Notes: a model not told the origin generated them from the letters alone. A stretch of DNA of 64,000 bases from Eledone cirrhosa (GCA_964016885.1 OZ024741.1:290346001-290410000), one strand, 5' to 3'; positions 28,501-43,809 are shown, counted from the stretch's first letter. Made by a program: numbers and translations.

Positions 28501-28961
28501 TATATGTATGTATGTGTGTATAAGTGAATTATTAGAAATAATAAGACGCACGTATAAGTTTTGATAATGGGGAATAAGTGTCCTATCCAAGAATGTCTAT
28601 GAAACTCGCAATTATAACACTCCACGACTTGTGTTCCTTGAAGTATTATCAATAAGGTATCAAACAGAGTGTCAATATTATAGAGAGACGATTTTAAGTA
28701 TATATACTCTATTTATTATAACAAGATTATATAATGCATAGATGATGTGCACTTAAAACCGTCTCTACTCTTAATTTTATTCTGAGTTAATATTCTATTA
28801 GTTTTTTCCCTGGATTACACAACATCTGTTGATAAAATTTCTGTCTTGACTTTTTTTAAATTATTTTCCCATATCTTACGTTAAATATTTTCCATCTTGA
28901 CATAATAGTCACTTATATGTATGAATTACTGTTGGCTTCTTGCTCACATTAATTTCTCTAT

Positions 28962-29002
<41 letters not shown>

Positions 29003-30256
29003 GAGAAGTTCGCTGAAAAATTAACTTGAAATTCATGAGTTAGTTACCAGGTTTAATTTCACTGTATGCCATATTGGTTACCTGTCTTTACTAGAGCTTG
29101 CGGTCAACGTAAGCCTAGAGAGTGAAATTCAATAGACAGAAACCGTGTACAAATCCATCAGATAAATTGTACCTGTAATTCAAAGGCCCTACTATATCCG
29201 ACATTCTACCATGTTCTTTCTACCTGAGGGTTTCGCTAAGAGTACACTTGTCTGTGAAATACAAAACTAACACGTTAATTCTATGAGCAATAGTTCATTT
29301 CACAGAAAATCTGAGCTATTTATCATACAAGATGACGGAGTTCTATTTACCCCTGTATGTTCATGATAGTGTCTACATGTATGCGCATGTGCAATTTGTG
29401 TGCATGTATATTGTGTGTATCTGTTAGTGTGTAAATATAAGAGCGTTTTTACGCGCATGAGGTCATATGTGTATAAATATGCATTACTATGTATGAGCAT
29501 AATGGAGTATACGTTCATGGACTGCATTTGTGCATAGATGTCTATATGTGCTGCGGTGTGTTTGTGTGTGTGAATGTGTACGTGTGATATTTTGTGTGGG
29601 AGTCATGAAAATTGGGATGGTAGTGATGGTAGTAGACTAGTAGAAGGAGGTGGAGGAGGGGGAGGGGCGGTTAATGGTGATGACGATGATGATGATGAAG
29701 AGAAGAAGAAGGAGAAGAAGAAGAACGAGGAGGAGGAGGAGGAGGAGGAGGAGTAGGAGGAGGAGGAGGAGAAGAAGAAGAAGAAGAAGAAGAAGAAGAA
29801 GAAGAAGAAGAAGAAGAAGAAGAAGAAGAAGAAGAAATAAAACAGCCCCTAAACCAACAGCGCTTCAATAACACGAACCCCTCGGGACAATTTCTCATTA
29901 GATGTATTGGGAGACTGGGTGCCATTTAAAGGTACTAAGATAGGGAGGTAGGGTGGGGTGAGATGAATAAGAATAAGAAAGATGATTGCGGTGTGTAAGG
30001 TGTGGTGTGTGGGGTAAAAGAAGAGCGGTATGGTGAGACTAAGGGACAAACAGCCGCAACAGCAGAATAAATATATTCTCCACCTCCTCCCATACCTTCT
30101 TCTGTTTTTGCTGTCGTTGTGGCTGCTCCCTCCTGGTGGTTGCCACCCCCAACCTCAATCCCTACAGATCCCTGGTCTCTTCATCGTGCATATTCCCCAC
30201 CACCACCACCGATCGTGATTAAAATGATGATGATGATGATAACAGGGATGTTTTTG

Positions 30257-30442
30257 ATAATTGTTTCCACGTTTGGCACAAGGCCAGCAAATTCCCTCAG
30301 TGCATTACTGGTACTTTGTTTTATCGATCCCGTAAGGATGAAAGGCAAAGTTAACCTCGGCGGGATTTGAACTCAGATCGTAAAGGGTAATTCTATGCTG
30401 CAAAGCATGGTGTCTGACGCTCTACGGATACTGCCAATCCAC
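30257..30442 (-). mobile_element. tRNA-type SINE, young short subfamily
   Basis: Same boxes and core as the other copies. Confidence 0.85.
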
Positions 30443-30619
30443 TTGATAATGATGATGATGTTGATTACAAAGATGATAATATTGTTGATGAAGATGATGA
30501 TGATGATGATGACGATGATGACGACGATGATGATAGCGAGGATGATGTTTTTGACGATGATGCTTAAATTGGTAGTTACGATGACTGGTTAATGTGTGGG
30601 TGGTTAAAATTGTAGGCAA

Positions 30620-31295
30620 TGCCACAGGTAAAATTTGGTACTGTCGTTAAAATAGTTGGTAAATTGGATGGTAAAGAGTAGATTGTGGGTGAGGAGGAAC
30701 CCCCATTTCGACCGCTTGTATTCACAATTGTATTCTTTTGGTCATTACCCAAGATTCCTGACCATAGGTATGGGTTGGAATGAATACCGAAATGAAGGTA
30801 GCGAGTTCTGTTTTTACACCTACCTCCTTTCTTCTGATGCGCGAAAGTTGAAATTGGCACTTTACTACATCTGCAATTCTTGCACTTAATTCATCCCCCT
30901 ACTATCCATCCTTCATAAACACGGCACCCTGATACTTGACCTTCTCCATCTGCTTCAGTGGATCTTCACCCACATGTAGAGTGCTCTGTGCAGGCTTCCT
31001 TGAGAGAATAAGTATCACGGTCTTCGCAGCAATAATTTTCATTCCTGCCGTGCAGCACTCGGAAACGAAATTGTCAAGTGCATATAGGAGATTAACTTCT
31101 GACGAGTTAAGTAATTCCATATCGTCCGCAAATTCCAGCTGACTGATCCTACATCTGCCACAATTTCTAGGCCGGCTGCGCATATCAATCCTGTCAATGA
31201 GGATTATGACCAGGAGAGGTGAAAGTATGCACCCTCGGCGGAATCCAACACCCACATTGAATGATCTCGACTTAGCACCATTAATCCGATCCCAA
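30620..31295 (-). mobile_element. RTE-clade LINE reverse transcriptase fragment
   Basis: ORF 30902-31255: VGFRRGCILSPLL...LEFADDMELL...GMKIIAAKT...VKYQG (decayed QG..LSP, FADD and YLG motifs). Confidence 0.88.
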
Positions 31296-31722
31296 TTTCT
31301 GCCCTTTAAAATTTACTGAAAAGGTAAAATCTTTTTTTATATCATGAAGAAATCGATGTATTCCATGGCAACCAACTCAGCAATATCAAGAACTTCGGCA
31401 ATGATCACAAATATATGAAACTTGGTTTATTTCTCTGATCAATAGTGAAATATTACCGAGACAATACATAAGACATCATCTCATATTTGAAAGAGAAATG
31501 AGAGATGTTTACAATATATTCTTTAACATAACAAAATAAGGAATGCCACATACTATTGGAGAGTATATTATTATACCAACTGTAGATATTCTAATTTTAT
31601 ATTGAACTTATAGACATTCTCGCGTTCTATTTATATTACTGGTGTTTCGGTAAAAAAAAAATTGCATTGTTGGTGAAATGCTCTACGCAAAATAGCATAA
31701 ATTTAAAAGTAGGATTGTTGGC

Positions 31723-31970
<248 letters not shown>

Positions 31971-32155
31971 GAGGGGGTTGGAAATACTGTTAAGAATAAA
32001 GATATAGAATGAAGGTGAATACAAGAGACAGGTAACTTGAAATTAGAGGTGTAAAGAGAGAAGGAGAGTCGTTGTGAAGAGCAGATGATAACTGTATAGA
32101 ATATAAAGAGATATAAACCGAATATACATAGAGACAAACAATGCTAAATATTATA

Positions 32156-32368
32156 TGATTAGCAGTATCAGTAGAGCGTCAGACACCATGCTTTGCAGCA
32201 TAGAGTTACTGCCCTTTATGTTCTGAGTTCAAATCCTGCCGAGGTTAGTTTTGCCTTTCATCCTTACGGGGTCGATGAATTAAAGCACCAGTAATGCACT
32301 GGAGTCGATTTAATCGACTTGCCCCTCTCCCTAAATTGCTGGCCTTGTGCTTATAGTAGAAATCATTA
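32156..32368 (+). mobile_element. tRNA-type SINE, longer variant
   Basis: Same head and core but retains the segment GTCGATTTAATCGACTTGCCCCTCTCCCT that the short subfamily lacks. Confidence 0.88.
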
Positions 32369-32853
32369 TATATGTGCGTTTGTGAGTATGTATATATGTG
32401 TGTGTAAATGTGTATATATGTGTCTGTATGTCAATCTGTGTGTTTGTATGTGTGTGTGGGGGGTGGGTGGGGGGTAGGTGTCTGTGCATCAATCTGTGGG
32501 TTTGTAAGTGTGTGCGTGTGTATGTGAAGCTATCAATATGGAGGAGAGAATCTCTCTCCAGAGAATCTCACTCCAGAGTGTTGCTACTGTTACTTTATAA
32601 ACAAATACATTATAGAAGTTGATGTGTCGTAAGGAATACAAGGAGAGAAATGAAGTGTGATATCTCGATGTGTTAAATAAAATTGCAAATTATTTAACTT
32701 AATCCGACATTTCCATTTAATTTAGCTTAGATTACATAGCACTGTATTATGGTCTGAGGGAGTTTGGATAACCGGATGATGTGGACATCGACAACAACAA
32801 CAACGACAACGACGATAAAGAAGAAGAAGAAGAAGAAGAAGAAGAAGAAGAAG

Positions 32854-32884
<31 letters not shown>

Positions 32885-33106
32885 CACTAACAACATCAAC
32901 AACAATAGGAACAAAAACAACAGAAACAATAACAGGAGAAACAGCAGCAGCAGTAACTGTAACAATTTCACTGTAACTGTAACAATTTCACTGAAATAGA
33001 TTTTAAATAGGAAGGTGATGGATGGAAAAAATGAAATTAAAATAACCTTATAAAGCTAAATATAACAGTAGCAACAAGAAATGAAATGAATGTGTTGCAG
33101 TGATAA

Positions 33107-33157
<51 letters not shown>

Positions 33158-33651
33158 AAAAAGGAAGGAGATGCGGTTTTCCTTTGTGTGATAGCTATGG
33201 CGAAAGAGGTTGTATGGTGGACAAGGTTGAAAGGGCTGAGGTCAGACACCTTTCTCTCCGGCCAACAACTGATTCTTTTTTTCAAATACCACTTTGGAAG
33301 AAGAATCAGGATGGAGAGAGAGGTGCTGTACCCCAGCAAGTTTTATGAAAGGTGGGTGAAAGTGGCGAGAATGGCCCGAGTGAATGGGCCTTCTCTCTAT
33401 ATCAGCCTGTAGGTTGAGGAAAAGGAGGAGGAGAGGAAAGGAGTACAAACTCTTCGTACTCCTGGAGATGAGGGTTGCACATTTTTTCGGGGGTATGTGT
33501 TACCCATATAAACTGTCTCCCCCTATTGGGGAAAATCGACTAACTTTTTAAATTGCATTTGTGATAACATTTTACACGTTTTTATTGTATGTAAACTTCC
33601 CCCTTTGTATTTGTCCCCTTCTTTTGTGCCCCTGTGGCTAATAAAGAAACA
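33158..33651 (+). mobile_element. 5'-truncated Tx1 copy (ORF2 C-terminus plus full 3'UTR) in (TATC)n
   Basis: IAMAKEVVWWTRLKG...FYERWVKVARMARVNGPSLYISL* then a 3'UTR ending AATAAAGAAACA; TATC arrays on both sides. Confidence 0.88.
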
Positions 33652-33690
<39 letters not shown>

Positions 33691-34414
33691 ATATATATAT
33701 ATATGTCTATCTATCAGTCTATCTACCTACCTATATATTTCCTTATCAATCTATCTGATAAAATAATGTCATTCCACAAATTTCAATTCGATTATATAAT
33801 GTTTAGAATAAAGAAAAAGAATAAAGAAACGAAAAAATAAATAGCGAAAGTACAGAAAGAGGAGAGAGACCCCCCACACTCTAGTCTAGGTAGTATATCT
33901 CAACGACACCTCCCGATCAGTGAAATCCCGATATTTGGCATTACGGCCGGCAGTGCAGCAGTTTTTGATGAAGCGGCTAGGCTGGAGGTGGAGAAGATGT
34001 CACACCACGTGACGTTCCGGATTGGAGTCTTACCTTCCTCGAGGGGTAAGTGAGTCATTTTGTGTGGGCATTTATCATATCCAGTTTGTGTCAATGAGGC
34101 AATATTTTTTAGAATACACAGCCTTTCCCAAAAATAAAATGATTAACAGACATAATTCAATTGTATGTAAACACCCAAAAATCTTTATATACTTTAAATC
34201 AGGCATTTCAAACATGCAAAATGCGGGCCTTTACAAGCACACCTGCGCTCTGCACAAAAGGTTTTACAGCGCGAGCATGTTTTATCTTCGTAATATAAAA
34301 TTTAACAAAATAGTTGTAATGTGCGCAACTAGTTATCGTGTGTCGCCCCCAGACAACACATATGTGATCCACGTGGCCTTCGGAAGACCCTCAGTTTGAT
34401 ATGACTGATTTATA

Positions 34415-34539
34415 TAATTGTTTCTACTTTAGGCACAAGGCCAGCAATTACCCAGTGCATTACTGGTACTTTATTTTATCGACCCCGTAAGGATGAAAGG
34501 CAAAGTCAACCTCGGCGAGATTTGAACTCAGATCGTAAA
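34415..34539 (-). mobile_element. 5'-truncated SINE, short subfamily
   Basis: B-box through 3' end nearly identical to the other copies. Confidence 0.85.
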
Positions 34540-34600
34540 TGTATATGAAACAGAATTTATTTTAATGCATTTTTTAAAGATTTTGGGGGGGAATACACTG

Positions 34601-34663
<63 letters not shown>

Positions 34664-35704
34664 TCATAACAATGAATAACATATCTAAAACATATCTAAA
34701 TGAATAACATATTCTAAAATATCCGAAAATGAGAAATTTGAAAACTTGTTAAACCGAAAATTCAGGGACAAAACAATTTAAAATACCTTTTCAAAAAGAT
34801 ATTTAAATATTTACTTAATAAAGTTATAACTTTCAAATTTTTATCGTCATATATTTTTGTAATATTTAATTCCATTTGTTTTCTATAGATCATTGGGTGA
34901 CGCAAATGTTCCCACCATACCAAACATATACTAGCATTGTTATAGGCCTGCTCCCAGGATATGAATTTATTTATTGTTTCCGTAGCAATTTTGATTATTA
35001 GAGTTTTTTTCTCTTTTAAAACTACAAATAAATGTTGTTTATGAAAGATATTTTTCTTCTTAAGTATATATCCTTTCTCCTAAATTTTCAATTTTACACT
35101 GTCAGTTTTCTAGTATTTCCTCCATTTCATCGCAAGAATAACCCACAGCTACCACTCACTTTCAGCTGAGTAAACTTAAGCAAGGCGAAATGAATTACCT
35201 TGTTCAAGGACTCGGGGCGAGTATAGAGAGTTTACAGATTAACCAGATATAATATATGCTTTATATACATTTCATTATGAATATATGTCGTTTCATGTAC
35301 ATTTTTTGTGGTTTCTCTTTATTCCATTTTTTAATCAAACGTGTTCCACCATAATCTAGATATTAATCTTCACCATAATCTAAATTATTGATGTTTTTCT
35401 TTAGCCTCCAAGAATATTTTCTTAAGTGTTTTTTTATTTGCCGTTTTTTTTTTTGTTATTTCTCATATTTTATTGTTTTAAATTTTAACCTGAATGTTGT
35501 TAATGTTTGATGAAAACATTTTCTGACCTCCAACGAGATGTGATAACCACATTGCTGTAAGGTCTATATGTTCAATAAAATCATATGTGTATAACTAAGT
35601 GTGCTTATGTGAAGGTGCGTGGGTATGTGTCTGTGAGTGTGTGAGTGTGTATGTGTCTATATATGTAAAGAAAGAATGAACGAAAGAGAAATATAAAAAT
35701 AATG

Positions 35705-35735
<31 letters not shown>

Positions 35736-35765
35736 CATATATATATATACACATATATATATATA

Positions 35766-35879
<114 letters not shown>

Positions 35880-35885
35880 AGGAGA

Positions 35886-35949
<64 letters not shown>

Positions 35950-36524
35950 GAGAGAGAGAGAGACATAGATTGACAGCTACGTAATGAAAAGAGGAAAATA
36001 GGAAGCGTTAATTCACACGTTCCGAACAGAAGAATTCTGAGATGAACAACGGCAATAACAACAACAACAACAACAACAGCAGCAACAACAGCAACAGCAA
36101 CAACAACAACAACAACAACAGCAACAACAACAACAGCAACAGCAAAAAAAAAAACAATAACGTGAACAACGACAACAACAACAGCAACAGCAACAGAAGA
36201 AGCTGGAACATGAAAAGTAACAACAAAAACAACAAGAACAACAGTGTTTAATCGCTTTCCTGTCTTGCAGCAGTTTCTTGTTTCAAACTCTGCCCTATTG
36301 GTTCCTGGCAAACAATACCACGGAACTCCTACTGACTGATGTTATGTAGTAAACATTTTGTTAATGTAGTAATATATGAACTCAACGTCATCTCACATAT
36401 CCACAATACGAATATGTAATAAATACACGTACCAGCCAACGAGAATGCCTCTACAAGATCATGTTATCTACTATAAATAGCAGTCAAAGCATCCTCAAAT
36501 CATACTTTACGATCAACACATTAA

Positions 36525-36716
36525 ATAATTGTTTCTACTTTTGGCATACGGTCAGCAATTAACTCAATGCATTACTGGTACTTTATTTTATCGACTCCGA
36601 AAGGATGAAAGGCAAAGCTAACCCCATCGGGATTTGAACTCAGACCGTAAAGGACCGTAACTGTATGCTGCAAGGCGTGGCGTCCGACTCTATACCGATA
36701 CTGCCAATCCACCGCC
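36525..36716 (-). mobile_element. tRNA-type SINE, short subfamily
   Basis: Same boxes and core as the other copies. Confidence 0.85.
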
Positions 36717-36793
36717 TTTTAAATAAATAATAGTATACGGAGTCCCTGCAAATAGAAAAAAGACTGCATGATCACTATTAGAATTTCCTTTAA

Positions 36794-36997
36794 CCCTTTA
36801 AAACCTGCCAGAATTCTATCACCTCTTTCTGTTCAAACCAGTCCTAACTTGCTACTCATACTTATGTTTAGGTATTGTTCTCAAAATAAATAACATCAAA
36901 ATCTCATAGATTCGATATTATGTGAGATATTATGTAGGATAAAGCCATTACCATAAAAATGCTACAGTATATATAGAGTAATGTGAATGCTAAAGGG
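36794..36997. mobile_element. piggyBac-like MITE
   Basis: TTAA|CCCTTTA...TAAAGGG|TTAA: short CCC/GGG TIRs with a TTAA target duplication. Confidence 0.75.
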
Positions 36998-37807
36998 TTA
37001 AACATAGGTCTCCTTCACCAAAGACACCGAAAACAACATCTAATATCACACCAGCCAACAAGGGTGTCATGCTTTGCCGTTCGAAACTTCTAGAAATAGT
37101 AGCCAAGTTTCATTAAAATTACACTCTACACTCTTAGAAAAGCACACATAAAAGACATTTGCATGTTCGGCGCTCTACCGATACTGCCAGACGCAAGACC
37201 TGCATTTTCTGGAGAGGGGTAAATCAATTATCGAGCCCAGTACTGAACTGGGAATTCATTTATCTAGCTCAAAAAGATGGGTAAAGTTGTACTCAGCAAG
37301 ATTAGAACTCAGAGCGCTTTGATGAGGATAAAAACCACCACATTTTTTTTGGTCGACGTCCAAGGATTCTGACAGATAGATGCTTTTGGAAATAAAAAAA
37401 ATCAGCAAAGCATAAATTTGTGAAGAAAAGTTATATATATTTTAATTCTGGATTCTAAATTCAATTCATTGAATAAATTTGGCTTTGAATTGATTCGAGT
37501 GGATGAAATAAACACTCTTTTATGAAGTACAGGGCGATTCTTATGACCGACGTCCTTCCAAAACTTGTCCACGAAAAATGTGTCACATGTGTGTTGTGAT
37601 TGTGTGTGTATGTGCATTTGGATGTCACTCATATATCAGTTTGTGTTTTGTGTGTATGCATATATATATATATGTGTGTGTGTGTGTACATGGATGTATG
37701 TATGTATGTACATGCGTGTATATATGTATGCATGTATTGTATATATGTATGTACGCATGAATGCATGCATTCATTTATAGATGTATGCTCCATGTAAGTA
37801 TGGATGG

Positions 37808-37847
<40 letters not shown>

Positions 37848-38092
37848 GAGAGAGATGTATGTATATATGCATGCATGCATATATCTATGTATATATGTAG
37901 GTATGTAGGTACATAGGTATGCATGCAAGTATGTATGTATGTATGTATGTATGTATGTATGTATGTATGTATGTATGTATGTATATGAGATGCAGTGAGA
38001 GTCAGGGAGGGGGACAACCAATATAATTCATTAGATTATCACCAAAAGATTCATAGACTGTCTTTTCGAGATTAGAAACCAGGCACTTTAAT

Positions 38093-38136
<44 letters not shown>

Positions 38137-38142
38137 ACCCTA

Positions 38143-38198
<56 letters not shown>

Positions 38199-38270
38199 GG
38201 AGGGTTGTTTATGTGTTTGTGTGAATGCATATGTATATATAAGCCTCTATATATACATATATATAAATAA

Positions 38271-38354
<84 letters not shown>

Positions 38355-39509
38355 CTATATTGGTGTGTGAATTGATTATATTTCAAGATAGAACGAAGGA
38401 AATGACTTTCTTAACTCCCCATCAAAGAGCTGAAATAGGTTATGTGGACGTTGTCGAAGAAAACATCAGTGATTTAGCGTCGCAACAGTCATTTAGTAAA
38501 ACGATAGATGTATAACGGTGGTGGTGGTGGTGGTGGGGCTGGTGTTGTGGTCGGGGATAGTGGTGGTGCTGTTGGTGCTGGTGCTGGTATTGGGGACGGT
38601 CGCTTCTACGGTGGTGCTGGTACTGGTGGTAGTGATGATGGTGGTGGTGGTGGTGGTGGTGGTGGTGGTAAGGGTGTAAAGGATTTATGAGGCTGGTTGT
38701 TACATATTGATGGTGATGGCTGTGGTTGTGATACGTGTGATGATGATGGTGGGGATATTTGTAATGGTAATGGTTGTAGTGGCGATGGTGGTAGTAGTGT
38801 TAGTAGTGTTGGTGATGGTGTTGGTGATGTTTGGATGGTAAAGGTTGGTGGTTCTGGTGGTAGTCATTTGCTATTGTTGTCGGCCACAGTCGGTTAACTG
38901 GTTTTGGTGGTAGTAATGGTAGTGTTAGTATGGATGATAGTATTGCTGGTGGTGATAGTGATGGTGATGGTGATGGTGATAGTAATGCTGATGGTGATGA
39001 TGATAGCTATGGTGATGGTGTTGTGTGATAGTCATGGTGATGGTGATGATGTTGGTGATAGTTGTGGTGATGATGATAGTTATGGTGCTGGTGATAGTAA
39101 TGCTGATGGTGATAATGATAGCTATGGTGATGGTGTTCTGTGATAGTCATGGTGATGGTGATGATGTTGGTGATAGTTATGGTAATGTTGATGGTGAAGT
39201 TAGAGACGACATTGTCGGTAGTAATGATTGTGAGGGTTGACACTGGAGATCGTATTAATTGTAAATGTAGTAGAGTTGGTAGTAAGGAAAGTTGGTGTTA
39301 GGGGTGGGGGTCGTAATAGTTGCAAACAAATGAAATGACGTCATTGCATGATGTACCCTTCTTGGATTAGCTGAAGAACACAAAAACTCACTGTTTAAAT
39401 GGATTTAAGAAAATATTGCCTTTTCCCCGGTGACAAGATAGTTTACGACCGGTTGTGAGATAAGCCTCAGGGATATACACACACACACACATGTATGCAT
39501 GCATATATA

Positions 39510-39595
<86 letters not shown>

Positions 39596-39669
39596 CGTAT
39601 GCATACACACACACATATACACATATACACATATACATATGTATAGATGCATTCATACAAACTCACACA

Positions 39670-39801
<132 letters not shown>

Positions 39802-40507
39802 CTATCCTCATATTTTCTCAGTTCACGTCTTCACATTTCAGTGGCAGCCACTGATAGCATACAAATATTTTAAACCGGAAGGATGTGTGGAAAGGTAGGA
39901 TCGGTAGAATGCATGCCGAATTAAATTACCTTACAGCTTTGACATTTGGTCTTCCATACTGTGAGTTCAAATTCAAGTTTAGGATCTATACATAAATGAA
40001 ATTAAATAAACTACTTTTATGTTTGGGACTCTATTTATTCTGCTTTTTTTCTCTTTTTTTTTTCTTTTTTTATTGGAGCTGGTGTGTTGGGGTTATTTAT
40101 AATACGATTTTCCTCCTTGCAAAATGGCAGAACGTTGAACACATTTTTTGCAGAATTCCTTCCTGATCCCTACCCGTTGAGTTTATATCGTGCTGAAGTC
40201 AACTTTGCCTTTGATCCTTCTGAGGTCGATAAATAAATTACTATTGAGAACTGAGTTTTAGTCTCCCTTTATATTTATTTTTCAATTCCTCCTTATCACT
40301 TTCTTTTCTCTGGATGATATCGGCTGTGACGAAAGCTAGAGGGTGTTGAGCTCCGCCAGATTTGAAATGTCCAAGACACGCCTTATATTACTAGTGCACC
40401 TCTATGCATCCTTACATATGTTTCCTCCTCGATCCTAACGTTAAGAGTGTTGTGGTATGGAACTTTCTAATGTCTGCCCCTTTATCTGAGATCAAGGAAT
40501 ATAGTTA

Positions 40508-40693
40508 CGAGGATGTGTTGAAAAGTTCATAGGCTGCGTGTGAAGGATTGATGCTAAAGCCGTGAAATCTTGCACGTATTCATTTCAACAGTTCCTATTA
40601 ATAAATGCCTTGTTTCGTTCCACGGACTATGTTGAAAAGATTCCTTATTTGAGAGTGTCCTGGTTAGCCTATTCACTTTTCGGCCGACACTCG
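40508..40693. mobile_element. Tc1/mariner-like MITE, decayed
   Basis: TA|CGAGGATGTGTTGAAAAGTTCATAGGCT ... AGCCTATTCACTTTTCGGCCGACACTCG imperfect TIRs. Confidence 0.65.
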
Positions 40694-40894
40694 TTTATAT
40701 ATAATGAATATATTTTTATTCATTTTGTGATATTGTAAAGCTAGTGTGATTGGAAATTTACCAACTGGATTAAACTCTGGGCTGTCTTTTACCTAACTTG
40801 CTGTGGTCTATAAAATCACATTTGAGTTTTGAATTATTATTTACCTTTATATGGTTGTGTTATCAAGTCATCTAAACTATTATATATATATATA

Positions 40895-41029
40895 TAACGA
40901 AGGAGGTGTGGTAAGGAACCAGATAGACCATAACGCACTAGAGTACTCAATACTTAGAGTTGTAGAGGAGTGGTCCAGAAATAGCCGTCGAAATGGCTTG
41001 AGCTCTGCCGTCGGGGTTTAACATTTTCC

Positions 41030-41030
<1 letters not shown>
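40895..41030. mobile_element. Family-B element in (TA)n
   Basis: Tail AACGAAGGAGGTGTGGTAAGGAACC...GAGTACTCAATAC joined to CCAGAAATAGCCGTCGAAATGGCTTGAGCTCTGCCGTCGGGG. Confidence 0.8.
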
Positions 41031-41066
<36 letters not shown>

Positions 41067-41509
41067 GTATGTATATGTATATATATATACACTGTATATA
41101 TATATATATATATATATAAGTGAAAGGAAAGCCCTAACAAGGGACAGGTCCCCTCTTCAGTTGTCCCTTGATGGACCTGTCACTTGTTTGTGCTTTCCTT
41201 TCATTTCTAAATACACTTTATCGATAACCACACAGTACATTGTTTCTTCTATATATATACATATATATATATATACATATATATATATCAACACATATAT
41301 ATATCAACACATATATTTATCATATATATATCAACACATATTTATAAGTCGTTTGGAAACCTCGACAATGCAAATGGGTAAATCTCCGGGTAACAAGGTC
41401 CGGTGGTGGAGAGAGAGATATGTTAGTGGGTGTACGTTGAGATGCGTGGTGTGTATAAGATGTGTGAGATGTGTAGAATGAAGGGAAGAGTAAAAGAATA
41501 AAAATAATA

Positions 41510-42870
41510 ATAACAACACAAGAGAGAGAGTTACCTTGGGAGAGATTTAATAGTCCCTATATATTTCGGATTCACATCCATCAACTGGGGTTTTTTCCGG
41601 GGTGGGGGAAAAGGTTGTCTGTCGGACAACTCGGAACGCGTCTTTCGCTGTCTGTTGATTTGAATATCTGAGGTATTCGGCCGAGCGCGCGTGCGCGTGA
41701 AATGGGGTAGGTCGTACAGAGGTCAGCGGCCGAATGAGGGAGTGGGATGGCGCTAGCTGTCAGTCCATTCTCTGCCTGTTTGTTAAATGTTACTGTGTGT
41801 GTGCGTGTGTTGTTGTCTCGCTTGAGTGTGTGTGTGTGTGTGTGCGTGTGTTGTTGCCTTGTTCATCTGTATTGGCAGTGTAGTATGTTCGTATGGTGGA
41901 ATGCTACTGTGTGTGTGTGTGCGTGTGTGTGTGTGTGTAGTTGTCTCGTTTGCGTGTGTGTGTGTGTGCGTGTGTTGTGTGTTGTTGCATCGCTTGTTAA
42001 CTTAAACCAGCCATTTCATTTCGCTTCTCTCTAATCGGTTGTTTATTTGCGGTTGCAGTTGTTTGATAAGCGCTTCCTTAATACGTAACGTTTCGACGTT
42101 TCTTTCAGTCGCTAGAATTGTGACAATGGGCCTTCCGTCTTTGTTTCCGCATTTGTCTATGTGTTTCCGGAAAGACGAGGCCCTGGTTTTAATGTGTTCC
42201 TTGATCCGGATGTGCAAAGGTCGAATTGTGCTACCTATGTAGTATTGGTTGCACCTGTCACATTCTATCTTATACACGACGTATGTGCGTAGGCAACAGT
42301 TAGCATGGCGTATCGGGTAGTCTCTGAGGGAGCATGCGTCAGTAGATTTTTCGGGTTTTCTGGAGAGGCATCTTCGCAGGGAGGGGCCCGAGTGGGCCAG
42401 GTGGATGTCGAGGCCCTCCCTCCGTATAGCCTTGCGGATAGCGTTGGTGGTTTTCTCGCCCAGGTGTGGCATTTTAAGGAAGCACTTGCCTTGGGTGCTT
42501 CTCTGTCTCTTGCGTCTGGTGTCTCCTATTCTGTCTGTGATCGAGGTAGGGTACCCGTTCGTCTCCAGCACCTCGAGGAATCGCTTGGTATGAGTGACAC
42601 CACTGGCGGGATCGCTGCATCTGTTTTTGATTCGCGCGATCTCGTTCGTGATGTATCCTCTTTTGGCACATATTTTTATTGTTTGACCCGAATTACTTGG
42701 TCGTTTGTTTTGGCTGTGCGGATGATATGTTTAACCATCATCTCAGTGTGTTTGGCCCTTAACGTATGTTGTAGCATCGAGCGCTTGCCACACATCATCG
42801 AGCGCTTGCCACACATATCCGATGTTGATTTTCGTTAATTCCTGTGCTGAAATGCGATTCTCGCTAATTT
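41510..42870 (-). mobile_element. 5'-truncated Penelope-like element (C-terminal GIY-YIG endonuclease plus 3' region)
   Basis: ORF 42002-42571: LETNGYP...VVYKIECDRCNQYYIGSTIRPLHIRIKEH...LRIKEALIKQLQPQINNR; degenerate HHR-like fold at 41553-41591; 5' end abuts (TA)n. Confidence 0.9.
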
Positions 42871-42882
42871 ACATATATATTT

Positions 42883-43010
<128 letters not shown>

Positions 43011-43367
43011 TAATAAAGATAATGAATAAAAACAAAGAAGCAGTTCCTTATATTAAAAAATTCATCATTTTACGATCGTTTCTAGGATATATATGTGTGT
43101 GTTGGTATGTATATCATATAGATCTATGTAAAATGTTTACAAACTATCAGAGGGAATATATATACCTACACATATATATGCTGTCTTCAGAAATAATGAT
43201 AATTGTTTATTGAAAAAAACCAACAAAGGTTTAATATAATAAGTCTGTTTGGGAACAGGTTTTGAATACATCTTCTGTTTTAATGATATTTGGATTACAT
43301 TGAGTTCTTCATACGGATTGGACACTACCGTATATTTTTGTAGATTAATCTACATATATATATATAT

Positions 43368-43750
43368 ATAAAATTGAGATGACCGGAACAAGTAAACATT
43401 AAACAATCTTTTAAATAAATTAAAATACGATTTAAATCCAAAGGATTTCCAATGGAAAAGATCGGCTCCTCAGAAAACTATTTCCATTCTATAGGACGTA
43501 AAGCCTCACAGTTTGTAAATATATCGCCTACTGCCAGCTAGCGTAAGGTCAGGTCGTTAAAGTGACCCACACATAAACTGGTCATAAGCGGGAATATTAT
43601 AGACGTGTTGCTTGCCACGCTACTAAAAATAGCAGTTAGGTACAACGTTTTTTTCTCTACACACATAGGTGAATATACATAAAATGAGATTAATATCCCC
43701 ACAGGTACTAAGTACCCACGGAAATATATAGGGTGTCTATAATACATTTG
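43368..43750 (-). mobile_element. Diverged relative of the 57076-57605 element in (TA)n
   Basis: Minus strand CTGAGGA...GAAATCCTTTGGATTT hairpin and the terminus CTCAATTTTATAT are shared with the 57 kb copy; HHR incomplete. Confidence 0.5.
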
Positions 43751-43751
43751 T

Positions 43752-43809
<58 letters not shown>

